Source: Robiginitomaculum sp. (lineage in GTDB: Bacteria; Pseudomonadota; Alphaproteobacteria; Caulobacterales; Maricaulaceae). Taken from it: 64,000 nt of DNA. The DNA lies in the NCBI GenBank assembly GCA_965224805.1, contig OZ245063.1:283212-347211 (forward strand), read 5' to 3'. Within the stretch, counting starts at the first letter, position 1. Each line of letters begins with the position of its first letter. The position numbers were made by a program, and so were the translations under genes. Of this stretch, positions 1 through 8,836 are shown piece by piece. The notes beneath the pieces are model-generated. The model was not told the origin of the DNA. It worked only from the letters and a program-made list of their open reading frames with translations, and did no database searches.

Positions 1-200
1 TGCACGGGTTTTGTTATCGCCGCACTGGGCATTTTTGAAAATGTCATCAAAGCCAGCGCGCTGACCAAAGTGAGCCCAACCCCTATTACGACTGCTTTAA
101 GGTTGATGGCCGCTTGTCCGTCGATATTATTAATAAGAATTTTAGCGTCATTACGTATTGTTTGACGTAGCAAAGGCCAATTGGGGCGAAAATATCGCAT
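1..200 (-). CDS. hypothetical membrane protein, N-terminal part (gene runs off the window start)
   Basis: Reverse-strand ATG at 200 opens a frame with no stop down to position 1 (MRYFRPNWPLLRQTIRND...VVIGVGLTLVSALALM, one hydrophobic helix). It is absent from the ORF track because no stop lies in the window. No family recognised. Confidence 0.35.
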   Translation of the reverse strand, partial: MRYFRPNWPLLRQTIRNDAKILINNIDGQAAINLKAVVIGVGLTLVSALALMTFSKMPSAAITKPV

Positions 201-374
201 ATATGTATTCTCCCGCCAATTCCCATTATATAAACAGTGTGTTTGCCGCTGTTCATGCCATATATATGGCTTATGATTAGTTAATATTGTGCTGTATAGT
301 CTGCAGTATTTGCAAAAACTGCTTATAAGTGAACTTGGAGAAAACTGCAAACCGTCATGTGTAAAAAAACAAAA

Positions 375-3300
375 ATGTCACGAACACGTAAGGTTTTGTG
401 GGGCTTGCTCGGCCTGTTACTTGTTGGCGTGTTGGTTTTGGCATTGGCGTGGTATAACCGTTATTCTTTACTTGAAACCCAAGTTCAGAAAGCTTTAGAC
501 AAACGCGGCATTGCAGCACAGTTTAACATTACATCTGCTGATAAGCACCACATGGTCATCGACGACATTACAATGTCTGCTAAGGGCGCCGACATTTTTT
601 CAGCTTCTAGTCTCGCTTTGGAATATGATGTGAAGCGGGCATTCAAGGGTGAGTTTAAGCGTATTGTTGTCCGCAAACCTGTCCTTAATATTGTTCTTGA
701 TGAACACGGCAATATTGTTGGAGATTATGTGCCGCAATCATCGGCCGGAGCAGGTTTTACATTTCCTGTGAACGGGATTGTTGTTGAAGAGGGGTTGGTG
801 GTTTGGCAGACAGCGTTCGGGCATGGACGCACGAAATTGAGTGCTGAAATCGTGTCTGCGCAAAACTGGAATGTAGTATATAATAGCCCCAACACTCAGC
901 TTTCTCAAAATGGCGTTGCGTTGGCACTCGATTTTGCTGGCGGTGTTGAACAAAGTGAGGACAACAAATTTACGGCTTTTGGTACGATGTTTGCACCCAA
1001 TCTTGACACACCAGTTTTGCAAACTGGAGAGGCGAAGACAGATTACCGCTTTGATATTCACCGCAAGAACGCGGATATTTTGGATGTTTCTGGTTGGTTA
1101 AATATAGACGCACAGGACATGGACATCGCCCAATATACGGCCAATAATGTAAAGCTACGCTTGGATATAAAAACGCCGTTTAACACGATGCACCGCAATT
1201 TTGAAACCTTTGACGCGGGTTGGACATTGCGCGGTGACAATATCTCTGTGAAAGATACAGATCAACGCCAGCAATTGGTCGACAAATTAACGGCCAGAGA
1301 CGCTATGTCAAAAGCCCCAATAGCTATGCATTTTAGCCATATTTTACCGCAAGAATTGGCGGTGTTACTGGACGCGTTTTCTGCTGAAGGCAAGGGTAGA
1401 TTTTCGTCAAACCCTAGTGGATATGAGGTGCATTTGACAGATAGGTTTTCGGTTAAGAATGCCCATCAAACTGTCCATATCCCTAGTCAAGAAAACGCAA
1501 CAATACGGTATGATAAGCGGGCCCAAAAACTGCATTTTGATGCAAATATGGATTGGCGCGGTGCATGGCCCTTACAGATCAATAATTTAAAACTTGAGGC
1601 CTTAAGCGCTACAGGTTTTCGTATCGACGCAATGCAGCGGTTTAGCGCCAATATCATCACCAATACCGCATGGAAATTACGCACCAATGGTGAGGATTTT
1701 CGCCTTGCCCCGATGGATATCGACTTAGATTACACGGACATTGGCAGTGTGCGCCATGTGGTTATGTCAGGTAACCTTGATTATGACGGGCTTGTACCAG
1801 AGGGGCGGGTGCAAAATTTACGGGCAGGTGGCCGTATGAAAATACGCATGCAAAACAATGATTTTACGCTCGGGTTTTCCTCCGCCTCCAATGTGCATAT
1901 GGACACATTTATCAGCCAATCAGGATGGCGTGCAGACGGTGTTGATTTTGAAATGAATGATACGAAAAACCTGATCCAATCTCGCGTAAATGGACGGGAA
2001 TTGCAGGCGGTGTTATTGGGTGTAACTGCGCAAATCATCAGCCCCGAACAAGACCGTCATTTGCAAATGAGCCTTGATAAAATACAGGTGCGCTCGGTAC
2101 TCACAGATATACCTTTGGTTTGGAATATGAATATTACGGGTGCGGATATTCGTTCGGACGACTTTCCTTCACCCGGTACACATATTCGCGCCGCAAATAG
2201 TCAGTTAACCGTGACGCAGAGCTTGGACGGTGCATTGTATTTTAAGGCAAAAAACCCTGATACATTTATTGAAACTGATAATGTGTTGGTTGAACATATT
2301 GAAATTGACATGGAAGGGACACCAGAAGATATATATGCACGCTATAATACGCCGCGCGTGAAATTTAAGGGCGGCGATATGCCTGCCCTGCCGTTTTCTG
2401 GCACGGCGCGGCTTTTGGATGGTGTTTTAACGGGAAATGCATCGGCAAACTTGGCTTTGGCTGACGGAATGGCTGTTGGTGAAAATACAAAAGCTGATAT
2501 TTTATTTCGCTCTGTTGATGGGCAGGGCACGGTAGAGATTAATATACCCGCACTTGATTTTACGCCGCGTGGTTTGCAGCCGCAATATTTTGTCCCGTCA
2601 CTGCGCGGTAAGATAGCTGATGTCAGTGGGCGTGTTGCGGCCAATTTGCATTTTTCATTTGGGGGCGACGGGCCGATACAATCATACGGAACAACGGATT
2701 TGATAAACTTAAATATCGGGACATTGGTTGGCCCCATTAGCGGTATCAATGCGAAATTGAAATTTAGCTCTATTTTCCCGTTAACAAGTGACGGGGTGCA
2801 AATGGCCACTGTCACAGGGTTTGACCCAGGTTTTCCACTTAATAACGGTGAGGTTCGCTTTGAAATGATTCCAGACGGCGTGCGTATTGATGAGGCGGTT
2901 TGGCCCATAGCCAACAAAAGTGCGGCTACAGATAACGAGGCTGGGCGGCTCTTTATTGCTCCGATGCAGTGGATGTTTGGCAATGTTGAAAATACGGCCA
3001 TAGTCCATATTGAAAACTTGGATTTGGAAACCTTACTGGAGGATATTGGCAAAGATAAATTGTCGGTTACAGGAAAAATAAGCGGGGTTTTACCTGCAAA
3101 AATAAAGGGTGTTGATGTTCGTATTGCGCAGGGAAAATTAGAGGTTAAAGACGGCGGCATTATTCAGTTTAAAACACCTGAAACAGGGCTAGCCGCAGAG
3201 CGTAATGAATTAGCTGGTTATGCTTTGAAAGCTTTGGAAAACCTCACCTACCAAAAACTGGAAATGCGCATTAACGGCCCGCTTGACGGCAGTGTTAATT

Positions 3301-3473
3301 TAGACATGGTGATTGACGGTAAAAATGCAGAGGTTCTAAGCGGTCAACCATTTTTGTTTAATGTGGGGGTTGAGGGAGAACTTGGAAATATTGTCCGCAA
3401 TCTCTCAAAATCCTTTAGCACCCAAGAAAATATAAAACGGATCATGGAATTGCACTCAGGTGAAAGTGAATAA
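375..3473 (+). CDS. ydbH: YdbH-like AsmA-family envelope protein (intermembrane lipid-transport family)
   Basis: 1038-aa ORF at 357..3473. The likely start is ATG 375 (MSRTRKVLWGLLGLLLVGVLVLALAW anchor helix). It is a very long beta-rich protein followed by ynbE-like and ydbL-like genes, as in the E. coli ydbH-ynbE-ydbL operon. Confidence 0.7.
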   Translation: MSRTRKVLWGLLGLLLVGVLVLALAWYNRYSLLETQVQKALDKRGIAAQFNITSADKHHMVIDDITMSAKGADIFSASSLALEYDVKRAFKGEFKRIVVRKPVLNIVLDEHGNIVGDYVPQSSAGAGFTFPVNGIVVEEGLVVWQTAFGHGRTKLSAEIVSAQNWNVVYNSPNTQLSQNGVALALDFAGGVEQSEDNKFTAFGTMFAPNLDTPVLQTGEAKTDYRFDIHRKNADILDVSGWLNIDAQDMDIAQYTANNVKLRLDIKTPFNTMHRNFETFDAGWTLRGDNISVKDTDQRQQLVDKLTARDAMSKAPIAMHFSHILPQELAVLLDAFSAEGKGRFSSNPSGYEVHLTDRFSVKNAHQTVHIPSQENATIRYDKRAQKLHFDANMDWRGAWPLQINNLKLEALSATGFRIDAMQRFSANIITNTAWKLRTNGEDFRLAPMDIDLDYTDIGSVRHVVMSGNLDYDGLVPEGRVQNLRAGGRMKIRMQNNDFTLGFSSASNVHMDTFISQSGWRADGVDFEMNDTKNLIQSRVNGRELQAVLLGVTAQIISPEQDRHLQMSLDKIQVRSVLTDIPLVWNMNITGADIRSDDFPSPGTHIRAANSQLTVTQSLDGALYFKAKNPDTFIETDNVLVEHIEIDMEGTPEDIYARYNTPRVKFKGGDMPALPFSGTARLLDGVLTGNASANLALADGMAVGENTKADILFRSVDGQGTVEINIPALDFTPRGLQPQYFVPSLRGKIADVSGRVAANLHFSFGGDGPIQSYGTTDLINLNIGTLVGPISGINAKLKFSSIFPLTSDGVQMATVTGFDPGFPLNNGEVRFEMIPDGVRIDEAVWPIANKSAATDNEAGRLFIAPMQWMFGNVENTAIVHIENLDLETLLEDIGKDKLSVTGKISGVLPAKIKGVDVRIAQGKLEVKDGGIIQFKTPETGLAAERNELAGYALKALENLTYQKLEMRINGPLDGSVNLDMVIDGKNAEVLSGQPFLFNVGVEGELGNIVRNLSKSFSTQENIKRIMELHSGESE

Positions 3474-3544
3474 TTGTTATGCTGTGCGATAAACATTGCA
3501 TAGACAGGTCGTTAATGGCAGGTTCAGCTTGTGTTTGATAAGGT

Positions 3545-3751
3545 GTGTTTATGAATATGATTTGGAAAATGCCTATTGTTCTTAGTTTTACAAGTGCGCT
3601 TGTATTGGGAGCATGTACCCATAAAGTTGAAATTATACCGTCTGACAAGCCGATTATTATCAATTTAAACGTCAAGATTGACCAAGAAATTCGGGTGCGG
3701 CTTGATAAGGATATTGAAGCATTACTGGCTGATAATCCGGATATTTTTTAG
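3545..3751 (+). CDS. ynbE: YnbE-like small lipoprotein
   Basis: 68-aa ORF with a signal peptide and lipobox (SALVLGAC) followed by THKVEIIPSDKPIIINLNVKID, which matches the short YnbE family. An alternative ATG start is at 3551. It sits between the ydbH-like and ydbL-like genes. Confidence 0.65.
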   Translation: MFMNMIWKMPIVLSFTSALVLGACTHKVEIIPSDKPIIINLNVKIDQEIRVRLDKDIEALLADNPDIF

Positions 3752-3755
3752 GGAG

Positions 3756-4145
3756 ATGAAGATGAAATTTACCGTAAAAATAATAAGCGCTGTCTTAGGA
3801 ACTGCCTTGCTTATGGGAAGCTTTGGAGCCCATTCCAATTTTGCACCGCAAGCTTTTGCACAAATATCAAGCGCAAAATCAACAGTAGACGCGGCCAAAA
3901 CTCAAGGTCTCGTTGGAGAGCGGATTGATGGGTATCTTGGCTTGGTGACGGACAATACGCCTGCCAATGTGCAAACGGCCGTCAACGAAATTAATATTAG
4001 CCGCAAGTCATATTACACCAAATTTGCCCGCGCTAAGGGCGTTGAAGTTGCAGTTGTGGCACGACTATCAGGTGAGAAGTTAATCGCCAAAGCAAAATCT
4101 GGTGAGAAAACCATGGGTGAAAACGGAATGTGGACGACCCAATAA
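3756..4145 (+). CDS. ydbL: YdbL-like periplasmic protein (DUF1318)
   Basis: In-frame ATGs at 3756 and 3762 follow GGGAG (3751-3755). The product has a signal peptide (MKFTVKIISAVLGTALLMGS) and the AKTQGLVGERIDGYLGLV and INISRKSYY motifs typical of DUF1318. The upstream part of the tracked ORF (3678..) overlaps ynbE and is unlikely to be translated. Confidence 0.65.
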   Translation: MKMKFTVKIISAVLGTALLMGSFGAHSNFAPQAFAQISSAKSTVDAAKTQGLVGERIDGYLGLVTDNTPANVQTAVNEINISRKSYYTKFARAKGVEVAVVARLSGEKLIAKAKSGEKTMGENGMWTTQ

Positions 4146-4248
4146 CGGTCAGGCAATCATATTTTGTGATTTTACTTTCCCCGATTTCCCTTTCTTAAGC
4201 GCATATTACGTTTAGACTACACCTATATGCGAATCATAGAGGTGTATT

Positions 4249-4920
4249 ATGTCCGAACCCATTATCAAGCTAACCGCCGCAAACTTAGCAGCCCTTCTAT
4301 GCGCCCGTATTTGTCATGACCTTGTTAGCCCCGTGGGTGCGTTGAGTGCGGCCTTGGAAGTGTTTGACGATGATGATAATCTCGATATGCGCGACGACGC
4401 TATGGATTTGATTAAGTTAAGCGCAGGGCAGGCCAGTGCGAAATTACAGTTTTTACGTATCGCATTTGGTGCGGGTGGCTCTGCACCGGGCGTTATTTCC
4501 AGTACTGAGCTTGAGAAGCTTGTTTTGGGTGTTTACGGCAGTGGCAAAGCAAACCTACACTGGCAAGTGAGCGCGGATGGGCTTGATAAACAGGCGGCGC
4601 GTATTTTGTTAAACTTGTCCATGTTATCGGTTATGGCCGTTCCGCGTGGGGGTGATATTACTGTCTCAACTGCGCAAGAAAACAATGCAACGCAGATTAA
4701 TATCGCCTGCAAAGGGCCAAAGGCACGGCTTGACCCTATTGTTGTTAAAACATTGGCGGGGGGTGCGCCCGAAGACGGATTTGATGGGCGCAATATTCAA
4801 CCCTTTTACACGGGTATGATTGCGCGTGAAAATGGCGGTAGCGTGCAGGCTGAAATCGACGACGCTACTGAGGAACCAACGATCACATTTTCTGCAAATT
4901 TACCCATGTTACCCGCCTAA
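4249..4920 (+). CDS. chpT: histidine phosphotransferase ChpT (CckA-ChpT-CtrA/CpdR phosphorelay)
   Basis: 223 aa. LAALLCARICHDLVSPVGALSAALEVFDDD...MRDDAMDLIKLSAGQASAKLQFLRIAFGAGGS matches the ChpT DHp-like region around the phospho-accepting His. The gene is 2.5 kb from ctrA. Confidence 0.9.
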   Translation: MSEPIIKLTAANLAALLCARICHDLVSPVGALSAALEVFDDDDNLDMRDDAMDLIKLSAGQASAKLQFLRIAFGAGGSAPGVISSTELEKLVLGVYGSGKANLHWQVSADGLDKQAARILLNLSMLSVMAVPRGGDITVSTAQENNATQINIACKGPKARLDPIVVKTLAGGAPEDGFDGRNIQPFYTGMIARENGGSVQAEIDDATEEPTITFSANLPMLPA

Positions 4921-5050
4921 AATACTAGTTTTAGCTGTGTAAAAAAACTGCAAAAATTGTGCTAAAAACCTGATTTTATTTAGCGGGTTTTAACCAATTC
5001 ATATCACAATAAATTCTATTAAACCGTGCGAACGCACTTTAGGATTTTTG

Positions 5051-6079
5051 ATGTACCGTGCAGAACGACAATTCGTAACCATTGCCAGTGAACAAATGCT
5101 CGTTTTGGAGACTTTGTGGGGCGTAAGTCCGTTGCCTGTTTCAGAGGGCGGGTCTAAAGCGCAGACTGTACCTGCTTTGCAAACGATTAAAGATGAGGCC
5201 ATGGGCGTTGAAGCGCGGGGCGTGTATAGGGCTGCTAGTTTATGCGTGGACATTTACGGACGTATTCAGGTCAGTAATAGCGCCAAATTACGCGGCAGTC
5301 TTGCGGGGTTAAAAAGCCTAATTTTTCAATATGCACAGGGTTTATACGAAATAGATCCTGAATTTAAAGACAGCTTAACAAAACCGCATCAAACGCCAGA
5401 GCATATACATCATAATAATCCGCCTGAAGTTGAAACCATATGCTCGCAGGGGCGACATGCTATTGCTGCATTTAACCTCAAACCGCTGTTGCAGTTTTCA
5501 AAAAATAATGCGCAGCGTAAAGCCTTGGAAAGTTTGATTGCCCTCCCGACTCAGCCAAAAGTACAGGAACAAATGCCAATATCTGCACAGGTTAAGTTTG
5601 AAAACGTGATGCGCCCCATATCAAATTTGATTTTAAGTGAAGCCCGCAATTGTGAAAAAAAGATAAGTATATCCTATGCCTCAAACTTTGAAGAACTTAG
5701 TCTAAAGACAGCAAATTATATACAAGAATGCCTCGAAGTCCTGTGCTTGAATATTGTGCTTGCGGGGGTTGGCAATGCCAATACACAAATTTGTATTACG
5801 GGAAGCCGCGACGAGCGCACATATGCATTTACAGTAAATTGGTCGGGATTTAGCGTTGAAGAAAGCGTGCAAACCAATACCCATTTTAAAAATATGCAGG
5901 CAAATTTGATAGAGCAGGGCGGTGAAATAAATTTTGTGTCCGTTAAGGCGGCACACGTGGGAAGACAAAGCATGGGTATTAAATTTCCGCGCAAACGTCG
6001 CAACGTATCTTTGCAAAACCGTAATTTAAGTGCTTTGTCTCAAAATAATAAAACAATGGAAATGGGAGCGACAAGATGA
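5051..6079 (+). CDS. hypothetical protein, possibly with a degenerate histidine-kinase-like C-terminal fold
   Basis: 343-aa ORF (TTG 5048 / ATG 5051). Its stop overlaps the ATG of the downstream cheY-like gene (ATGA at 6076-6079). The C-terminal third (LEVLCLNIVLAGVG...ICITGSRDERTYAFTVNWSGFSV...LIEQGGEINFVS) loosely resembles N-box/G-box spacing of a GHKL domain but lacks DxGxG. No H-box recognised. Confidence 0.55.
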   Translation: MYRAERQFVTIASEQMLVLETLWGVSPLPVSEGGSKAQTVPALQTIKDEAMGVEARGVYRAASLCVDIYGRIQVSNSAKLRGSLAGLKSLIFQYAQGLYEIDPEFKDSLTKPHQTPEHIHHNNPPEVETICSQGRHAIAAFNLKPLLQFSKNNAQRKALESLIALPTQPKVQEQMPISAQVKFENVMRPISNLILSEARNCEKKISISYASNFEELSLKTANYIQECLEVLCLNIVLAGVGNANTQICITGSRDERTYAFTVNWSGFSVEESVQTNTHFKNMQANLIEQGGEINFVSVKAAHVGRQSMGIKFPRKRRNVSLQNRNLSALSQNNKTMEMGATR

Positions 6080-6453
6080 GCACCGTAATGAAAACCTGTT
6101 TGGTTGTGGACGATTCCAAGATGATCCGACGCGTTGCTGCAAGGATATTAAAGGATTTAAAATTTGAAACCCAAGAGGCGGGTGATGGCAGTGAAGCTAT
6201 TTCCCTGTGCCGCTCTGCGATGCCTGACGCTATTTTACTGGATTGGAACATGCCAATTATGGACGGCTTGTCTTTTTTGAAAGCTCTACGTAAAGAACCC
6301 GGCGGTGAGGCACCAAAGGTCGTATTTTGTACGGCTGAACGCGACGTTGTCAAAATCACCGAGGCTTTGGAAGCTGGGGCTGATGAATATGTGATGAAGC
6401 CATTTGACGCAGATATATTGGAATCTAAATTTTACGAAGCAGGGTTGATGTAA
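6076..6453 (+). CDS. single-domain CheY-like response regulator
   Basis: 125 aa with the full receiver signature: VVDDS, LLDWNMPIMDG (phospho-Asp), FCTAE (Thr) and YVMKPF (Lys). Confidence 0.9.
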   Translation: MSTVMKTCLVVDDSKMIRRVAARILKDLKFETQEAGDGSEAISLCRSAMPDAILLDWNMPIMDGLSFLKALRKEPGGEAPKVVFCTAERDVVKITEALEAGADEYVMKPFDADILESKFYEAGLM

Positions 6454-6455
6454 TC

Positions 6456-7367
6456 ATGAGCGGCGCATTGTCATTGCAGGCCAGTTATTACGAAGCCTTA
6501 AAACGGCTGACCTTGGAACTTGCGGGTGTCAAACTTGGCGAGGATCACGCGTTTTTGGTGGAAACGCGTTTGTCTGCATTGGCACGCAAAGAAGGCTTTG
6601 AAAATCTTTCCGATATGATCGATCAATTGTTCTCGCGAGGACAAACACGCCTGGCCGTCCAAGTTGTTTCGGCACTGCTAGAACGAGCCACCCGTTTTTA
6701 TGATGACCGCAAGGGTTTTGAAATATTAGGGGATCAGCTTTTGCCAACTCTACACCCTTTATATAGAGGTGGGAAGCTGCGTATTCTTTCCTATGGGTGT
6801 AGTTCTGGGCAAGAAGTATATAGCGCGGCGATCTTGGCAGAAAAAATGAAGGACATATTTCCTGATATGGATGTGGAAGTTACGGGTGTTGATTACCCGT
6901 CTATGGCACTTGACCGCGCAAAAGAAGGTCGTTTCACGCATTTTGAAGTTCAACGCGGACTGCCAATCACACATCTGGTAGATTATTTTATCCGTGATGG
7001 TGAAGATTGGGTAGTTCAAGATGATTTGCGTGCAAAAGTAAAATTTGCCGATCATAACCTGCTGTCCGATGTTCAGGCCTTGGGGACATTCCAAATTGTT
7101 ATGTTTAGAGGCCGCATGGCGCAGTATTCACCGCCTGCTACTGTGCGTATTATTCGCTCTTTAAGTGCGCTGACGTCTGGCAATGGATATCTCATGCTGG
7201 GAACCACTGAAAATTTAGGTAAAATGGGTTTTGGTTTCGATGTGCAATCAGTTGCAGATGGCTGTTACCGTAAAATCCCGAAAGAAAAAGATATTGATCC
7301 AGAGGAAACGCCTATTGTTCGCTCGGCCCCGCCTGTTGAATATCAACCACAGAGCCGTCGTGCGTAA
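6456..7367 (+). CDS. cheR: CheR-type protein-glutamate O-methyltransferase
   Basis: 303 aa. It has an N-terminal CheR helical domain and a SAM-binding core (LRILSYGCSSGQEVYSAAIL, HFEVQRGLP, VMFRGRMAQY). It starts 2 nt after the cheY-like stop. Confidence 0.85.
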   Translation: MSGALSLQASYYEALKRLTLELAGVKLGEDHAFLVETRLSALARKEGFENLSDMIDQLFSRGQTRLAVQVVSALLERATRFYDDRKGFEILGDQLLPTLHPLYRGGKLRILSYGCSSGQEVYSAAILAEKMKDIFPDMDVEVTGVDYPSMALDRAKEGRFTHFEVQRGLPITHLVDYFIRDGEDWVVQDDLRAKVKFADHNLLSDVQALGTFQIVMFRGRMAQYSPPATVRIIRSLSALTSGNGYLMLGTTENLGKMGFGFDVQSVADGCYRKIPKEKDIDPEETPIVRSAPPVEYQPQSRRA

Positions 7368-7390
7368 GTAAAGTTGAGCAAATTAGACAT

Positions 7391-7420
7391 AAAAAAAGCC
7401 CCATTACAGGGGCTTTTTTT
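7391..7420. terminator. bidirectional rho-independent terminator between convergent cheR and ctrA
   Basis: AAAAAAAGCCCCattacaGGGGCTTTTTTT: a GC stem flanked by an A-run and a T-run, so it reads as a terminator on both strands. Confidence 0.75.
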
Positions 7421-7437
7421 ATGTTTGTGTGGGAGAG

Positions 7438-8133
7438 TTAAGCACTAATTTTGTCTTGTGTGGGTTCGCGCAGTACATAGCCGCGGCCCCATACGGTTTC
7501 GATATAATGCTCACCACCAGATGCAGACGCCAATTTTTTGCGCAGCTTGCAGATAAAGACATCGATAATTTTAAGTTCTGGCTCGTCCATACCTCCGTAG
7601 AGATGGTTGAGGAACATTTCTTTGGTGAGGGTTGTGCCTTTACGCAAAGAGAGCAATTCCAGCATTTGATATTCTTTACCCGTTAAGTGTACGCGGTGCT
7701 CGGCAACTTCAACGGTTTTTGCGTCAAGATTAACGGCAATATCGCCCGTTGTGATTATTGATTGTGCATGGCCTTTAGAGCGGCGCACTACGGCGTGGAT
7801 ACGGGCAACCAATTCGTCTTTGTGAAACGGCTTGGTCATATAATCATCAGCACCAGTGCCAAAGCCTCGTACTTTGGTATCAATGTCCGATGTACCTGAT
7901 AAAATGAAGATCGGTGTATTGATCTTTGCCATCCGTAAGGTCTTGAGAACATCAAACCCTGGCATATCTGGTAAATTTAAATCAAGCAGAATGATATCAT
8001 AATCATAAAGCTTCCCCAAATCGACCCCTTCTTCGCCAAGGTCCGTAGTGTAAACATTAAAGCCCTCAGATTTGAGCATTAATTCGATACTTTGAGCCGT
8101 AGCCATATCATCTTCTATTAGAAGAACACGCAT
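7438..8133 (-). CDS. ctrA: cell-cycle master response regulator CtrA (OmpR family)
   Basis: 231 aa. MRVLLIEDD...[22 protein letters not shown]...[27 protein letters not shown]...[50 protein letters not shown] is near-canonical CtrA. Confidence 0.95.
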   Translation of the reverse strand: MRVLLIEDDMATAQSIELMLKSEGFNVYTTDLGEEGVDLGKLYDYDIILLDLNLPDMPGFDVLKTLRMAKINTPIFILSGTSDIDTKVRGFGTGADDYMTKPFHKDELVARIHAVVRRSKGHAQSIITTGDIAVNLDAKTVEVAEHRVHLTGKEYQMLELLSLRKGTTLTKEMFLNHLYGGMDEPELKIIDVFICKLRKKLASASGGEHYIETVWGRGYVLREPTQDKISA

Positions 8134-8161
8134 ATTTTTCCTCCCAGTTGCCCTTTCGGGC

Positions 8162-8231
8162 GAATCACTTCTTAAAACAAGTTAACTGAATGTGACTCAT
8201 AGGTGAATCCCGTAAATCAAATGTTAACAAT
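8162..8231. promoter_or_regulatory. ctrA upstream region with three GANTC (CcrM) sites and a CtrA half-site-like 8-mer
   Basis: GAATC at 8162-8166, GACTC at 8194-8198 and GAATC at 8205-8209. TTAACAAT at 8224-8231 matches the CtrA half-site TTAACCAT at 7 of 8 positions. All lie 30-100 bp upstream of the ctrA ATG on the complementary strand. The sites are certain; their function is inferred. Confidence 0.4.
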
Positions 8232-8356
8232 AAAAATCATTTTTTCTTTAAAATTGTGCCAAATTGCGAAAATTGCGTAAAAAATGGCTTTTATTTGTAT
8301 TTGTTTACCAGAGCGTAAGCTTGTTTTGCTATGAAAAGCCCAAGGTGAAAACACCA

Positions 8357-8761
8357 ATGAACAAGGGTAAGGTGAATATTATGAATCATGCTATGGATAA
8401 AAGTGTTCGCGCAACGCGTTTTGCAATTGCGGACTTTCAAAAAAGAATTTCTGTATTAGACGCCACACGCGAAGACCTAGAGCGTCAAATGCGTAAACTT
8501 CATGCAAGTGTGCCTGAGGCCGAAGTTGCGCCAAATGCATCAAAAGACGGATATGTGGCCTACGGTTCATATGCAAATTCCGTCATTGCGCGTAAAGCAA
8601 ATTTGCAAAATACGCTCAGCGATATTGAAGCGCAAAATACCGATTTAAGCGAAGAACTGGAAATGGCTCTTGAAGCCCTTGATAGTTTTGAGCGGGTACG
8701 GGCCCGCCAATTGGCTGCTAAGGCCGAGAAAATGGCACTTAAAATGGCAAAATCAGCTTAA
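8357..8761 (+). CDS. FliJ-like coiled-coil protein (putative flagellar export chaperone)
   Basis: Candidate ATGs at 8357 and 8381 are each preceded by AAGGTGA. The product is about 130 aa, all-helical and charged (RFAIADFQKRISVLDATREDLERQ...YGSYANSVIARKANLQNTL...). As I recall, a fliJ-annotated gene commonly sits beside ctrA in alphaproteobacteria. Confidence 0.5.
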   Translation: MNKGKVNIMNHAMDKSVRATRFAIADFQKRISVLDATREDLERQMRKLHASVPEAEVAPNASKDGYVAYGSYANSVIARKANLQNTLSDIEAQNTDLSEELEMALEALDSFERVRARQLAAKAEKMALKMAKSA

Positions 8762-8796
8762 AATCTAAAATAACATCTGGGAGGATATGTGGGGGA

Positions 8797-8827
8797 AAGC
8801 CCTAACCAGCTGGTTAGGGCTTTTTTG
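8797..8827. terminator. bidirectional rho-independent terminator
   Basis: AAAGCCCTAACCagctGGTTAGGGCTTTTTTG lies between convergent genes (fliJ-like on the plus strand, LTXXQ protein on the minus strand). Confidence 0.75.
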
Positions 8828-8836
8828 TGCCCAATT

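Noticed and set aside
2342-3160. 272-aa ORF antisense to the ydbH-like gene
   Set aside because: It lies entirely inside a much longer, well-supported gene on the other strand. Its translation is Pro/Ser/Thr-rich and low-complexity with no recognisable motif. This is typical of a shadow ORF.
8172-8185. Full CtrA box upstream of ctrA
   Set aside because: The spacing is TTAA-N6-TTAA, not the canonical N7. Other candidates are only near matches: 4195-4209 is TTAA-N7-TTAC, while 11928-11942 and 12423-12437 are TTAA-N7-CTAA. TTAA is frequent in AT-rich intergenic DNA. They are kept as context only, not called as sites.
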